This document shows, piece by piece, positions 9,211-19,397 of a DNA stretch of 64,000 bases. The notes beneath the pieces were generated by a model. That model did not search any database, was not told the origin of the DNA, and saw nothing but the letters and a program-made list of their open reading frames with translations. Source of the DNA: Gemmatimonadota bacterium (GTDB lineage: Bacteria > Gemmatimonadota > Gemmatimonadetes > Gemmatimonadales > Gemmatimonadaceae); the NCBI GenBank assembly GCA_016704465.1, contig JADJAD010000006.1, positions 380,021 to 444,020 of the forward strand. Direction: 5' to 3'. Position 1 is the first letter of the stretch; every line of letters starts with the position of its first letter. The position numbers were made by a program, and so were the translations under genes.

Positions 9211-12200
9211 TCACAGTCCGAGGGAAAGTCGAATGATGAAATACTTGGGGAGCGGCGAGACCGGGTTGTCATAGCCCAGGTCCCAGACCGTGCCGAAGTT
9301 GCCGGTGAGGTCGGGGTTGGCGGTGACTTCCGGATCCAGGCCGCTGTACTTCGTCCATAGCGCCAGGTTGCGCGCGCTGAACGTCACGGAAGCCGTCCGG
9401 GAGCCAAGCAGGTTCTTGAGGTTGCGTGTGGCATCCCACACGATCGAGGCTTCGGCCCATCGGGTAAACGTGCCGTCTTCTGCGTAGCCCGCGTACGTCA
9501 GCGTCGGTCCGGCAAAGCCGGCGTAGGCCGCCTGCGACGCGACGGAGGCGTTGGGGTCATTGCGGGCCTTGCACGACCCGAAGCTCGCGCACTTGTTCAG
9601 TTCGGTGAAGTTCGTCTGGATGAAGTTGCCCTTGTAGACGAACATCGAACTCAGGCGAAGCGCTCCGTTGAAGAGGGAGAGACTTGGCGTCACCGTGAGC
9701 ATGTCGGTCGGGTTCGTCACCCCGATGAAGGTGATCGAATCGTCGACCTGGACCTCGCTGATCTGCAGGACACCGTCGTTGTTGGCGTCGTTGTAGCCGC
9801 GGATCTTGCGGTCCCACATCCCGAACAGCGGGAAGTCCTGGACAAACTTGATGAAGCGATCTTCCGGTGGACGCAGGCTGGAGTCGAGTTCGAGCAGCTT
9901 GGAGTGGTTGATCGAGCCGTTGAGGCTCAGGTCAAACTGCGCGCCTCGCGCCTGGAAGACGGTGGCGGTAATGATGCCCTCGACGCCGCGGTTGCGCACG
10001 CGCCCCACGTTGTCGAGCTGTCCGGTGGCGATCAGCCCAGCCGAGCGCGGATAGGAGCGCTGTACCAGCGCATCCTTGCTCTTCTTCTCGTAGGCGGTCG
10101 CCTCCAGGCTGATCCGGCCGTCGAAGAAGTCGATGTCGAAGCCGCCTTCGAGCTCTGTCGTGCGCTCGGGTGCGAGGTTCGGGTTGCCGAGCGTCTGCAG
10201 CTGTGCGCCTGATGCCGTCGTGCCATTGACGAAGACCGTGGCCAGCTGCAGCCGCGTGAGCGCGGCGTCGGCCGGCGGCTGTACGCCCGAGGACCCGTAG
10301 GCCGTGCGGAACCGGAAGCTGGAGATCGCCTTGGTCTTCGGGAACCAGTCTTCGCTCGAGACGAGCCAGGAGACGCTGGCCTTGGGATAGTAGGCCGTCT
10401 TGAAGTTCTTGCCGAAGGTGCTGGCCCCGTCGGCGCGCATGGCGCCGGTGACGAACAGCCGGTCGTTGAGCGCGAACTGCTGCTCCACGTAGCCACCTGC
10501 GACTACCGACTGGATCGTCGCCTCGGCGTTGGAGACGGTTGCGGCGCCGGCGACCGTACTCGATCCCGGCGGAAGGTTGGCGGCGATCGCCGTCGTGATC
10601 CCGCGGTCGCGTCGATTGTACTGCGCGCCGACCGACGTCTTGGAGACGATCGACGGGAGAAGGTTGAAGGTGGCGGTCGTGCCAACATCGCCGGTGAACA
10701 GGACGGTGTTGGAGCGCGAATCGAGACGTCGGCCGAGGCTCGGCGCCAGGGCGGTGCCTCCCTCGCCGCGGCGCTGCAGGTTGTCGGAGAAGTTGGAGCT
10801 GACGTCAACGCCGACGGTGGCACGCGCCAGGAGCCATGGGAGCGGCGTGAAGTTTCCGTTCGCGGAGCTCGTCAGGCGCACGAGCCGCTCGGCCGCTCGG
10901 GTGGCGAACGACTCACCGGGGCGGCGCTGGTTGAGCCAGCCGTCGTAGTCGTCCTTGAATCCCCGTCCCCAGGCCGCGTCGGTGAAGACCGTGTTGGTGG
11001 GAATCTGGCTGCGCTGGAACTGGAGGCTGTTGGAGAGGTTGAGGTCCGCCTTTGGGCCAAGCATCGCCGAGGCGTTGGCGCGCATCGCCGCGCGATTGAG
11101 GTAGTTCGGGTGGATCTGTTCGTCGGGGATGTCGGCGCCCCCGCGCTCGACCTTCAGGCGCGAGATCTCGGAATCGGACAGCTCGAGGTAGCCACGCTCA
11201 CGTTCCCAGTCGCCAGCCACAAAATATCGGAACTGCTGTGCGCCGCCCGACACCTGCGCACCAGCCTGACGACGATAGCCGGTGCCGACCGGTGAACTGA
11301 TGGCGTCGGCCATGGGATTCCACTGGCTGACGCTGTCCACGGTGCACTGACCCGCCGTCCGCGCGAGGTTCACGCAGTTTACCTGCTGCCCCAGCGTGTT
11401 CTTGCCGAAGGCGTAGTAGTTCTCGTTCCACTTCGTCGGGCCGGGGATCACCCCTCCCTCGCCAAACAGGGTCCACTTGGGAGAGCCGGCGACGCCGCGC
11501 TTGGTCCGGATCACGATGACGCCATTGGCGGCGTCCGTGCCGTAGAGTGTGGCGGCGGCGGGGCCCTTCACGATCTCCATTGACTCGATTTCGTCCGGGT
11601 TGATCGCCGTGACCGATCCGGCCGTCCATCCGTAGGACTGGATGTTGGTGCCGCCCCCGCTCCCTGCGCCCGTCGTATTGTCGACGCGGGCGCCGTCGAC
11701 GATGATGAGCGGATTGTTCGGCTGCGACAGCGAGTTGAATCCGCGGATGCGGATGCGCGGCGCCGATCCAGTCATCCCGGCGTTGGCAAAGGTCATGAGC
11801 CCGGCGACGCGTCCCTGCAGCAGGTCGCCCACCGAAGTGATCGGGGCGGACATCGTGAGCGAGTCGGCGCGCAGCGTCGAGACGGCGTTACCGAGCTCGA
11901 CCCTGCGCTGGTCGCCGGTCGCGGTGACGACGACCTGCGAGAGTTGCGATGCCGAGCGCTCGAGCGCGAAGTCCGCCACCACCTCCCCGTTGTCCGACAC
12001 CGTGACTCGCTCCGTCTTGGGCGCGTAGCCCAGCATGCGGACGGTCACCGCGTGCGTTCCCGCGGGAACCTGGCCCACCACGTAGCGACCCTCATTGTCC
12101 GCCACCGCACCTAGTCGGGTGTTGGCAATGACCACCGTTGCTCCCGCTACCGGTGTTCCGGATCCCTGCTCGGTAATCCTGCCGCGAATCGTGCCGGCGA

Positions 12201-12318
12201 AGCGGACAGACTCCCGCTCGCTGTCGGGGCTTGGGGGGCCATGACTGCCGGCACCCAGCATCGGCGACGAAGCGAGGCCGAGGGGCAACAACATGGCCGG
12301 CAACAGACTGAGGCGCAT
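9211..12318 (-). CDS. SusC/RagA-type TonB-dependent outer-membrane receptor
   Basis: Track ORF 9211-12681. ATG 12318 is preceded by AAGGAG. The signal peptide is MRLSLLPAMLLPLGLA. A CarboxypepD_reg-like domain reads GTIRGRITEQGSGTPVAGATVVIANTRLGAVADNEGRYVV. The plug motif is INPDEIESMEIVKGPAAATLYGTDAANGVIVIRTKRG, followed by a roughly 800-aa barrel. Confidence 0.9.
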   Translation of the reverse strand: MRLSLLPAMLLPLGLASSPMLGAGSHGPPSPDSERESVRFAGTIRGRITEQGSGTPVAGATVVIANTRLGAVADNEGRYVVGQVPAGTHAVTVRMLGYAPKTERVTVSDNGEVVADFALERSASQLSQVVVTATGDQRRVELGNAVSTLRADSLTMSAPITSVGDLLQGRVAGLMTFANAGMTGSAPRIRIRGFNSLSQPNNPLIIVDGARVDNTTGAGSGGGTNIQSYGWTAGSVTAINPDEIESMEIVKGPAAATLYGTDAANGVIVIRTKRGVAGSPKWTLFGEGGVIPGPTKWNENYYAFGKNTLGQQVNCVNLARTAGQCTVDSVSQWNPMADAISSPVGTGYRRQAGAQVSGGAQQFRYFVAGDWERERGYLELSDSEISRLKVERGGADIPDEQIHPNYLNRAAMRANASAMLGPKADLNLSNSLQFQRSQIPTNTVFTDAAWGRGFKDDYDGWLNQRRPGESFATRAAERLVRLTSSANGNFTPLPWLLARATVGVDVSSNFSDNLQRRGEGGTALAPSLGRRLDSRSNTVLFTGDVGTTATFNLLPSIVSKTSVGAQYNRRDRGITTAIAANLPPGSSTVAGAATVSNAEATIQSVVAGGYVEQQFALNDRLFVTGAMRADGASTFGKNFKTAYYPKASVSWLVSSEDWFPKTKAISSFRFRTAYGSSGVQPPADAALTRLQLATVFVNGTTASGAQLQTLGNPNLAPERTTELEGGFDIDFFDGRISLEATAYEKKSKDALVQRSYPRSAGLIATGQLDNVGRVRNRGVEGIITATVFQARGAQFDLSLNGSINHSKLLELDSSLRPPEDRFIKFVQDFPLFGMWDRKIRGYNDANNDGVLQISEVQVDDSITFIGVTNPTDMLTVTPSLSLFNGALRLSSMFVYKGNFIQTNFTELNKCASFGSCKARNDPNASVASQAAYAGFAGPTLTYAGYAEDGTFTRWAEASIVWDATRNLKNLLGSRTASVTFSARNLALWTKYSGLDPEVTANPDLTGNFGTVWDLGYDNPVSPLPKYFIIRLSLGL

Positions 12319-12966
12319 GAGTTCTCCTTTCAATTGTGCGGGGCACCGATGTGCGGGACAGTCTGGTGCGACGACGACACACGAGACCGCGAGAATCAGT
12401 GGCGATAGTGCATCATTATTCGCATACAAATATGAAGACGTCAAGTAAGCCGCTGCACAATGCGACACACGCCGCGCGCCGCTGTCGCAATTCCACACGT
12501 GATGCGTTCGCGCGCACGCGATTTGATGTGAGGCGCGCGCTGCGAGGGACGGATGCGCGATGTTTGACGCTCGGGAAGGAGCCGAACCAGGTCGGCCGCT
12601 GAGACGGACGATGCCAGCTACATCATCAACACTGTTGGGTTTGCCACAGCACGAGTGCGCGAGCGACCGACCCGATCGCACGTCCCGAACGATTCGGGGA
12701 TTTCCGGGCGTTGAGTCACTGGACCTTCATGCACCGGGCTGCATGACTTGCGGTACGATGGACCACTCGGGCGTTGTGCCCCATCTGGTGCCCGACGGCG
12801 GAAAGACGGCCGAACGGGTCGCCTCACACCGGCTCCCCTGCGGGATCTGGGACCCAGAGACCAGACCGGCGCCGTCGCTGCTTCACGCACGGCGCTAGCT
12901 GCCTCAGCATTGCGCACCGCCTGCGGATGTGGTACGCTCGCAGTCTCCACTCACTTGGAGCTGACC

Positions 12967-14010
12967 GTGACTCTTCGCATCTCGCGCGTCACCCTGCTCA
13001 CGCTGATTGTGGCCGCTGCCGCGCTGCATCCCCACCAGCTCGCGGCGCAGGACAGTACCGCGGCGCCTGGCACCGGCGTCTGGCGCAACTATGACTTTGT
13101 TCGCGGCGACAGCATCTGGTACGCCAGCGACTTCCGCGATGAGCGTGTGGGTCGCTTTCCGGCCAGCCAGCTGGAATTCGTGAGCGGGAACATGGAGATC
13201 GTCGAGCGGAACGGCGCAAAGCTGCTTGAAGCCAAGAGCGCGGCGGTGGTGCGTATCCCCCTCCCAACCGAACTTCCTGCGCAATATTCCGTCGAGTTTC
13301 GGCTGGAGATCGGTGCGGCCAATTTCTTTACCAGCCTGTACAGCTCGCCGCACGAGGGGTCGAACGGACGTTACGCCACGGACTACGTGCACCTGTACTC
13401 ACGTCCGGGCATTTACCGCGGCTCGGCGGAGCGTTCGGCCGCCACGGAGCGCTCGTTCGTCAAGAACATGGTGCCGATTCGCCTGCAGGTTGACGGCGAG
13501 TACGCCATTCTTTACGTGGGCTCGACACGTGTGGGCATGGTGCCTAACGCGAATTTCGCCCGAAGCAAGACGCTGCAGCTCTCAATGAACGGGCAACCGG
13601 GGCGCGAAACGTACCTGAGTGACATCGTGGTTGCCGTGGGGTTGGATCCGCTGTACGAAACGCTCCTGAAGACGGGGGAAGTCACGACGTATGGCCTCTA
13701 CTTCGACGTCGACAGCGACCGTCTGCGTCCGGAATCAACGCCGCAGCTCGACGCGCTCACCAAGATGCTGACCGATCACGCGGATCTCACAGTCGCGATT
13801 GAAGGTCACACCGATGCGACAGGCGACGACGCACACAATCAGTCATTGTCCGAGCGACGGGCGGCAGCAGTCGTTGCATATCTCACGACGAATGGAATCG
13901 CGGCGGCTCGGCTCGCGGCGGTTGGCAAAGGAGAATCGGTGCCCGTGGGAGACAACGGGACTGCGTTGGGTCGAGCGCAGAACCGACGCGTCGTGATTCG
14001 CAAACAGTAG
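12967..14010 (+). CDS. OmpA-family (peptidoglycan-associated) protein with unknown N-terminal domain
   Basis: Track ORF 12748-14010. GTG 12967 follows GGAG and gives the signal-like VTLRISRVTLLTLIVAAAAL. The C-terminal OmpA_C domain reads TVAIEGHTDATGDDAHNQSLSERRAAAVVAYL...NRRVVI. Confidence 0.8.
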   Translation: MTLRISRVTLLTLIVAAAALHPHQLAAQDSTAAPGTGVWRNYDFVRGDSIWYASDFRDERVGRFPASQLEFVSGNMEIVERNGAKLLEAKSAAVVRIPLPTELPAQYSVEFRLEIGAANFFTSLYSSPHEGSNGRYATDYVHLYSRPGIYRGSAERSAATERSFVKNMVPIRLQVDGEYAILYVGSTRVGMVPNANFARSKTLQLSMNGQPGRETYLSDIVVAVGLDPLYETLLKTGEVTTYGLYFDVDSDRLRPESTPQLDALTKMLTDHADLTVAIEGHTDATGDDAHNQSLSERRAAAVVAYLTTNGIAAARLAAVGKGESVPVGDNGTALGRAQNRRVVIRKQ

Positions 14011-14028
14011 CGCCACCCTGCCAATCAT

Positions 14029-15465
14029 ATGAACCGCCTGTTCACCGCCTGGCTGCTCGCTGCCCTGCTCCTCCCCGCGCCCTCCCTTGCCCAGCAGAAG
14101 GAGACGTTCGACGCCTGGGCGCCGCAGCGTGAAATGATCCGCCGAGGACAGCAGGCCGTCTTCATGTGCAACGGACTCTTCACCTCCAACCGAACGCTGG
14201 AGCAGGTCTTCGCGCAGGAACTGGCGTTCTTCCCCGAGCCGATCGGGACGCCGCGGGGTGGTGACTACCTGGTCGACAAGGCGCGGAAAGCGGTGGCCAT
14301 CGGGTCGCCATGGAGCGGAGCGCCGGTCATGCGCGCCGCGTTCCGCGAGGGACTGGGCTGCGTCGTCATGTCGCCGGATCAGGGCTTCGAGGACATCGAC
14401 GCACTCCCGATCCTGAAAACGCCGCCGCTGGCCGGCGACCCGGCCACCATCCCGTGGCCCAACGGGGACCTGGTGAAGAAGCAGCCCCTCCCCGCGAACG
14501 TGGACGCGGCAGCGTTGCAAGCGGCATCGGATTGGGCGTTCAACCGGCCGACGCCCGAGCAGGTCACGCTGAGCCTCATGGTCATCCAGAACGGCCAGAT
14601 CATCCACGAACGGTATGCCCCGGGCGTGGACATGCACACCCGCACGCGCACCTGGTCCACGGCCAAGAGTATCGCCGGGACGCTCATCGGCATCCTGGTA
14701 GACCAGGGAGAGCTGCGCCTCGACGAACCCCTTGGCTTCGCCTGGCAACCGAAGGCGCTGCTGTCCGAGAGCGACCCGCGGAACGCCATCACGCTCCGGC
14801 ACGTGCTGAACATGTCGAGCGGGCTGTACCCCATCGACAACGCTGGACTCGAGTACGCCACGGGCTCGGGCCTGTCGTACTGGGCGGGGACCAGCTCCGT
14901 GCAGGGCGCGCTCCACAAGGCGCTGGTGCGCACGCCCGGCACCGTGTGGGACTACGAGAACTACGAGACGCTGCTGGCGGTCTACAAGATGAAGCAGGCC
15001 ATCGGCGACCCGCAGGCGTACCTGGAATTTCCCCGCAAGGCGCTGCTGGACAAGCTCGGGATGCGCAGCACGCTGCTCAGCACCGACCGCTTCGGCGACT
15101 TCATCCTCAGCAGCCAGGTCTACACCAACGCCCGTGACCTGGCGCGACTCGGCATCCTCTACCAGCAGGGCGGCATGTGGAACGGTGAGCGCATCCTGTC
15201 CAAGGAGTGGATCGACTTCGAGCGCACGCCGGCGCCGGCCACCGCGAAGATCGGCAATGCCTACGGCGGCCAGTGGTGGCTCGTCCCCGACAACCGGAAG
15301 GGCGAGGTACCGGCGGACGCGTATACCACCGCGGGCAATCGTGGCCAGTACGTGATCGTGGTCCCCTCGAAGCACCTGGTCATCGTCCGCCGCGGGCTCG
15401 ACTGGGGGCGCCAGGGTTTCGACCAGTGGGGGATCACGCGCGAGGTGTTGAAGGCGATTCGTTAG
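14029..15465 (+). CDS. Beta-lactamase-fold serine hydrolase (class C / DD-peptidase-like)
   Basis: The signal peptide is MNRLFTAWLLAALLLPAPSLA. The SxxK motif is in WSTAKSIAGTL. Length is 478 aa. Confidence 0.85.
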   Translation: MNRLFTAWLLAALLLPAPSLAQQKETFDAWAPQREMIRRGQQAVFMCNGLFTSNRTLEQVFAQELAFFPEPIGTPRGGDYLVDKARKAVAIGSPWSGAPVMRAAFREGLGCVVMSPDQGFEDIDALPILKTPPLAGDPATIPWPNGDLVKKQPLPANVDAAALQAASDWAFNRPTPEQVTLSLMVIQNGQIIHERYAPGVDMHTRTRTWSTAKSIAGTLIGILVDQGELRLDEPLGFAWQPKALLSESDPRNAITLRHVLNMSSGLYPIDNAGLEYATGSGLSYWAGTSSVQGALHKALVRTPGTVWDYENYETLLAVYKMKQAIGDPQAYLEFPRKALLDKLGMRSTLLSTDRFGDFILSSQVYTNARDLARLGILYQQGGMWNGERILSKEWIDFERTPAPATAKIGNAYGGQWWLVPDNRKGEVPADAYTTAGNRGQYVIVVPSKHLVIVRRGLDWGRQGFDQWGITREVLKAIR

Positions 15466-15602
15466 GCGGGCACGGCCGGCGCGACCGTACGAGAAGCAGC
15501 CTGTTCCTTCAGCCGGTCTCGAGCACCAGTCGCGCCATTGTCACCTGCCGAATGCCGTTCTCGACCGGTGACGTCGGCGATGGTGGACGGGTCACTCGTT
15601 GC

Positions 15603-16211
15603 ATGGCCACCAGTCTCCGCGTACGGCGCACGGTACGACGCGTGCTGCTGCTTGCCAGCATGGGCCTGGGCATGCCGATCGGCGCTCAGCGCCCGACGGT
15701 ACAGCGGAACGTGGCGCTCGGGGTGCTCTGGCAGTCAGCACCCTCGTTCATTTGGGAGCGCGGTGTCCTTGTGGACGCTGGCATCCGAATTCCCGTTGGC
15801 GCCTGGTTGTACGTGCATCCGAACCTCGAGATGTCCCGCTCCACGTTCTCCGGTTCGGGCGGGGACATTTGCATACCCGTTGATCGCCAACCTACCGAAC
15901 AACTGCCTCGATGTTTTGACCGGCCACTGCACGAAGTCACCGGTGGACTTGGCGTGCGTTTGGAGGGCGCGAACACCACGCACAACCGGAGGCACCTCCG
16001 AGGCGCCATCGGTTTCGCCGTGCTGCGGAGCTTCGAGCAAGCCAATCCCGGCGAGCGGGCGCATTTCGTGGTCCCCGAGGCGGCCCTCGGCGTTGGCTCA
16101 CGCCTGACTGGACCCGCCTGGGGCATGGAGGCACGCCTGCGCCGCCTGTCGCGGTGGGGCACGGAAGGCCCGCACACGCAACTGGCCCTGCGTACCTTCG
16201 TAACGTGGTAG
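15603..16211 (+). CDS. Hypothetical secreted / outer-membrane beta-barrel-like protein
   Basis: This is the inner part of track ORF 15207-16211. ATG 15603 gives MATSLRVRRTVRRVLLLASMGLGMPIGAQ. The C-terminus ends ...ALRTFVTW (aromatic terminus). I recognised no family. Confidence 0.4.
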   Translation: MATSLRVRRTVRRVLLLASMGLGMPIGAQRPTVQRNVALGVLWQSAPSFIWERGVLVDAGIRIPVGAWLYVHPNLEMSRSTFSGSGGDICIPVDRQPTEQLPRCFDRPLHEVTGGLGVRLEGANTTHNRRHLRGAIGFAVLRSFEQANPGERAHFVVPEAALGVGSRLTGPAWGMEARLRRLSRWGTEGPHTQLALRTFVTW

Positions 16212-16314
16212 CGGCGGTCACGATCGACGACCGACACGCTGTTCCGTACGATCGCGTCGCAACGCCAGCGGTCGCGCCGGGCTGACTGGCATCGGCGATG
16301 CACGCACCCGCCGC

Positions 16315-17571
16315 CTAACGCCGCACCTCGTACCGCCGAAACCCGAAGCCCAACCGCTTCGCCGCCGGGTGCTGGATGGGGACGGCGACGCCGAGGCTCC
16401 CATCCTGCAGGAACGACATCCCCAGGTACTCGCCCGCGGCGCTGCGCACGGTCGCCGTGTCTGGAGGAAAGCCCCCTTCGAACGCCTCCGGACGAAACAC
16501 GGACGCGCGCGCGACCCGCGGCGCCGAGTCACCCGCGGACTCAATCCACGCCACGGAGGCCGTCAGGCTGTCGCCCATGCCGGTGAACCAGGTCGCGGCG
16601 AGCTGGCCGTCGCCACGTGCAATGAGATAGGGGAAGTACGTCACGGCACTGTCGCGGGCGATTTCCCAGGTAGTCCATGTGGCGCCCTGGTCCCGCGAGC
16701 GCGCCAACCACATCGCCCGCTCATGCGCCCACAACAGGAAGAGTGCGCCCGTCGAATCCCAGGCGACGGGTTCGACCCAGCGCGGCTGCGGCGCCTCGCT
16801 CCAGGTCGGGGGATTGGTCGTCGTGTCGCGCATCGCCTGCCACGCCCTCGTGCCAGGGGGGGTGCGCTTGGTCCAGGTCGCACCGCGATCGGTGGAGACA
16901 AAGAGCCAGTCCTCGCCAGCATTGAACGAGTTGCCGGAGACGGAGATCGGAACAACGCGGGCCGCCAGCTCCCCGGTCGGGCCGATGGCGAAGTGGCTCG
17001 ACCCTCCCATCGGGTGAATGCGCGACAGTTCGGTCCAGGTGCGCCCGCCGTCGACGCTGCGCACGTGCGTGACGCCGGCACCGTCGTTCCAGATGGCGTG
17101 CGCGCTGTTCGTCGCCGAGACATCGATCCACGGGCGATCGTCGAGGCGCGTGTCGGAGAGCTGCTGCCACTGCCAGGTCGCACCGCCATCGCGGCTGGTC
17201 GCGAGATCGATGCGCGTCCCCACGGACTCCGTGCGGTCGAAGCTCATGTGGAGGAAGTACAACGTGCTGTCGGGTCCCACGGCAAGCTCTACATCGGAGT
17301 TGCCGACCGCACCGTCAGCGCGAGTGCCGATGTTGACGGTCGCCCACGAGTGACCATTGTCGTCGCTGCGATAGAGGTGCGGCACGGTGTCGCCGTAGCC
17401 GGCGACGAAGATGCTGCCCGACGGGTGCTGCACCACCATGGGCTCCCGACCAAGCCGATTCACGAACTCGCTGGAGTCAACAAGGACGAGCGATGGGGTC
17501 GCTGGGACGGCGGGAGCGCGATCGCCGCACGCGGCGACGCAGAGAACGGCGATGCTCAGCAGGCCACGCAT
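16315..17571 (-). CDS. BNR (Asp-box) repeat beta-propeller lipoprotein, sialidase-like fold
   Basis: The lipobox is MRGLLSIAVLCVAAC. Five Asp-boxes are present: SDDNGHSW, SRDGGATW, SVDGGRTW, STDRGATW and SRDQGATW. Confidence 0.8.
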   Translation of the reverse strand: MRGLLSIAVLCVAACGDRAPAVPATPSLVLVDSSEFVNRLGREPMVVQHPSGSIFVAGYGDTVPHLYRSDDNGHSWATVNIGTRADGAVGNSDVELAVGPDSTLYFLHMSFDRTESVGTRIDLATSRDGGATWQWQQLSDTRLDDRPWIDVSATNSAHAIWNDGAGVTHVRSVDGGRTWTELSRIHPMGGSSHFAIGPTGELAARVVPISVSGNSFNAGEDWLFVSTDRGATWTKRTPPGTRAWQAMRDTTTNPPTWSEAPQPRWVEPVAWDSTGALFLLWAHERAMWLARSRDQGATWTTWEIARDSAVTYFPYLIARGDGQLAATWFTGMGDSLTASVAWIESAGDSAPRVARASVFRPEAFEGGFPPDTATVRSAAGEYLGMSFLQDGSLGVAVPIQHPAAKRLGFGFRRYEVRR

Positions 17572-17991
17572 GCGGGGGCTCCGTAGGTTGTGAGGGCGTC
17601 AGGACGTGCCTGACCAAGCGGTTTCTTACCGAGAGGTAACAGCGCAAGCAGTTTTCGTCGAAACACTCGGCCGGCAACTGTCAGGCGACACCGCTGACCT
17701 GACAAGAATGCACGGCGTACTCCGCGTCGGCGATCCCCCGGTACCGCCGTATCGCACGACGGGCTTCTCGAAGCGCACACTGCCGGCGTCGACGTCCAGC
17801 AGGTGTTCCCTCGGGTCGCCGGTTCCGGAAGAGTGAGGAGGAGGTCCCGGACGGCCTGCGGGCTGCCTCGCCTAGCAGCGTTCTACGCGGTTGGGCATCG
17901 GACGGCGCTCCCGACGCTCCGTCCTCGATTGACCACCGTGCGGCCGCGCCGCAGCTTATTCCTTGGACGGACAGGATTCAGGGTGACGACG

Positions 17992-18423
17992 ATGCATACG
18001 CCGCAAACCATTCGAGCCGCAGCCACGGCGCTCTGTATCGCAGGAGCCAGCCTCGCGTGCCACGGGTCGCCGACTTCGCCCGCCACGGAGCTGACGGTCA
18101 GCCTCCGTGCCATCGCCGACGGCGCATTCGAGATGCGCGTCAGCAACACGGGCACCGGCCCGGTGCTGCTCTCAGGCTGCCCGGACGCGCCCAGTTTTGT
18201 CGTGGAACGACGCGACGGCGAGCGGTGGTCAGAATCCACGTCCTTCAATGTTATGTGTATTGCGATCCTCACCCCGAAGACGCTCGCCCTCGCGCCCGGC
18301 GACACCGTTGTCCGGCGCGTGGACGTGGCGCAGCGGGGTACCTTTCGCGCGCGCCTGTACGTCGGGCCGGACTACGGACGACCGCAGCAGGTGCTCACGT
18401 CGGGTCCCGTATCCTTGCCGTAG
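17992..18423 (+). CDS. Small hypothetical lipoprotein
   Basis: This is the inner part of track ORF 17803-18423. ATG 17992 gives MHTPQTIRAAATALCIAGASLAC. No family was recognised. Confidence 0.45.
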   Translation: MHTPQTIRAAATALCIAGASLACHGSPTSPATELTVSLRAIADGAFEMRVSNTGTGPVLLSGCPDAPSFVVERRDGERWSESTSFNVMCIAILTPKTLALAPGDTVVRRVDVAQRGTFRARLYVGPDYGRPQQVLTSGPVSLP

Positions 18424-18603
18424 CGGCCGCCATTTTCCTTGGTCGGCACAACAGCGCCTGCAGCCGATAGCAAGGGGTGCCTGAGCGCTTCGCGCGCGTG
18501 AGCAGAACGTGACTGCCGCTTTCGACGCGCGCCAGGCACGGAAACTCCACAGAGGAGTGACGCATGTACCGCTCGATATTCGTTGGACTGTTACTCGGAA
18601 GGC

Positions 18604-18616
18604 GGGGGGGGGGGGG
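18604..18616. repeat. Homopolymer G13
   Basis: The sequence ggc(g)13cgg is read directly from the window. It lies in a region with no secure gene call. Confidence 0.9.
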
Positions 18617-18808
18617 CGGATTGCCCTCGCCGTCTGTTGGAGGGCCGGGCGGGTCGTGGCGTCCGCAGGCACAGCCGACTCGGGCCGGGACTGTATCCGC
18701 GCACGCCCGCCGGCGCAGCATGTCCTTCAAGAGCGCGCTCGTCGGCGCTCTGGTGCTCCCCACCGTCTGGATCGTGCGTGCCTCGACACGATAGCCGCGA
18801 GGCCGCTG

Positions 18809-19372
18809 GTGCAGTTCGATTCCAGTAATCCGGTCGTCGCGCTTTGCATCGCCGGCATTCAAGTGGAGGGCGATGCCGCCGAGGCGCGCGCGCGCTTCGA
18901 GCGTGCGTGGGCAATCCGAAAGGATGACTTCGACGCGTGTGTCGCGGCGCACTACCTGGCGCGGCATCAGCCGGACGCCCGCACCACGCTGCACTGGAAC
19001 GAGGTCGCACTCGCTCACGCGGAACGCGTCGAGGACAGCGAGCGTGAGGCGCTCCTGCCCTCGCTCTGTCTCAACCTCGGCGATTCCTACCTAGCAGTCG
19101 GCAGCCTGGCAGACGCGCGCCGCCTGGCGCAACGCGGGCTCAGCGCTGTAGAGGCGCTCCCCGCGGACGGCTATCGTGAGTTCATCCGCGGCGGCCTGAC
19201 TCGACTCGAGTCACGCGTCGCAGCCGCGGAGTCGTTGGACGCGGCCACCCGGGGCGCCGAGCCGGCGCTCGGTGACGGTCCGGGCAGGATCTACGTGGTG
19301 GAACCGACCGGTCCGATCGCCGACGACCCCAACCTGCCGGACAAGAAGTTTCCGGGAAACCCGACGAAGTAG
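18809..19372 (+). CDS. Hypothetical helical-repeat (TPR-like) protein; start uncertain
   Basis: This is the C-terminal part of track ORF 18509-19372. In-frame GTG 18809 follows GAGG. The Ala/Leu/Arg-rich helical sequence reads ...AEARARFERAWAIRKDDFDACVAAHYLARH...LGDSYLAVGSLADARRLAQRGL. Confidence 0.4.
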   Translation: MQFDSSNPVVALCIAGIQVEGDAAEARARFERAWAIRKDDFDACVAAHYLARHQPDARTTLHWNEVALAHAERVEDSEREALLPSLCLNLGDSYLAVGSLADARRLAQRGLSAVEALPADGYREFIRGGLTRLESRVAAAESLDAATRGAEPALGDGPGRIYVVEPTGPIADDPNLPDKKFPGNPTK

Positions 19373-19397
19373 TACCGCTCGCGTACTCCACTTCGCG

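Noticed and set aside
12319-12966. The 650-bp divergent region upstream of susC, searched for the CTTTGTT-N9-AACAAAG operator, an ECF/anti-sigma pair or a small RNA
   Set aside because: There is no copy of the operator, no convincing ORF and no conserved structure visible by eye. It is left unannotated.
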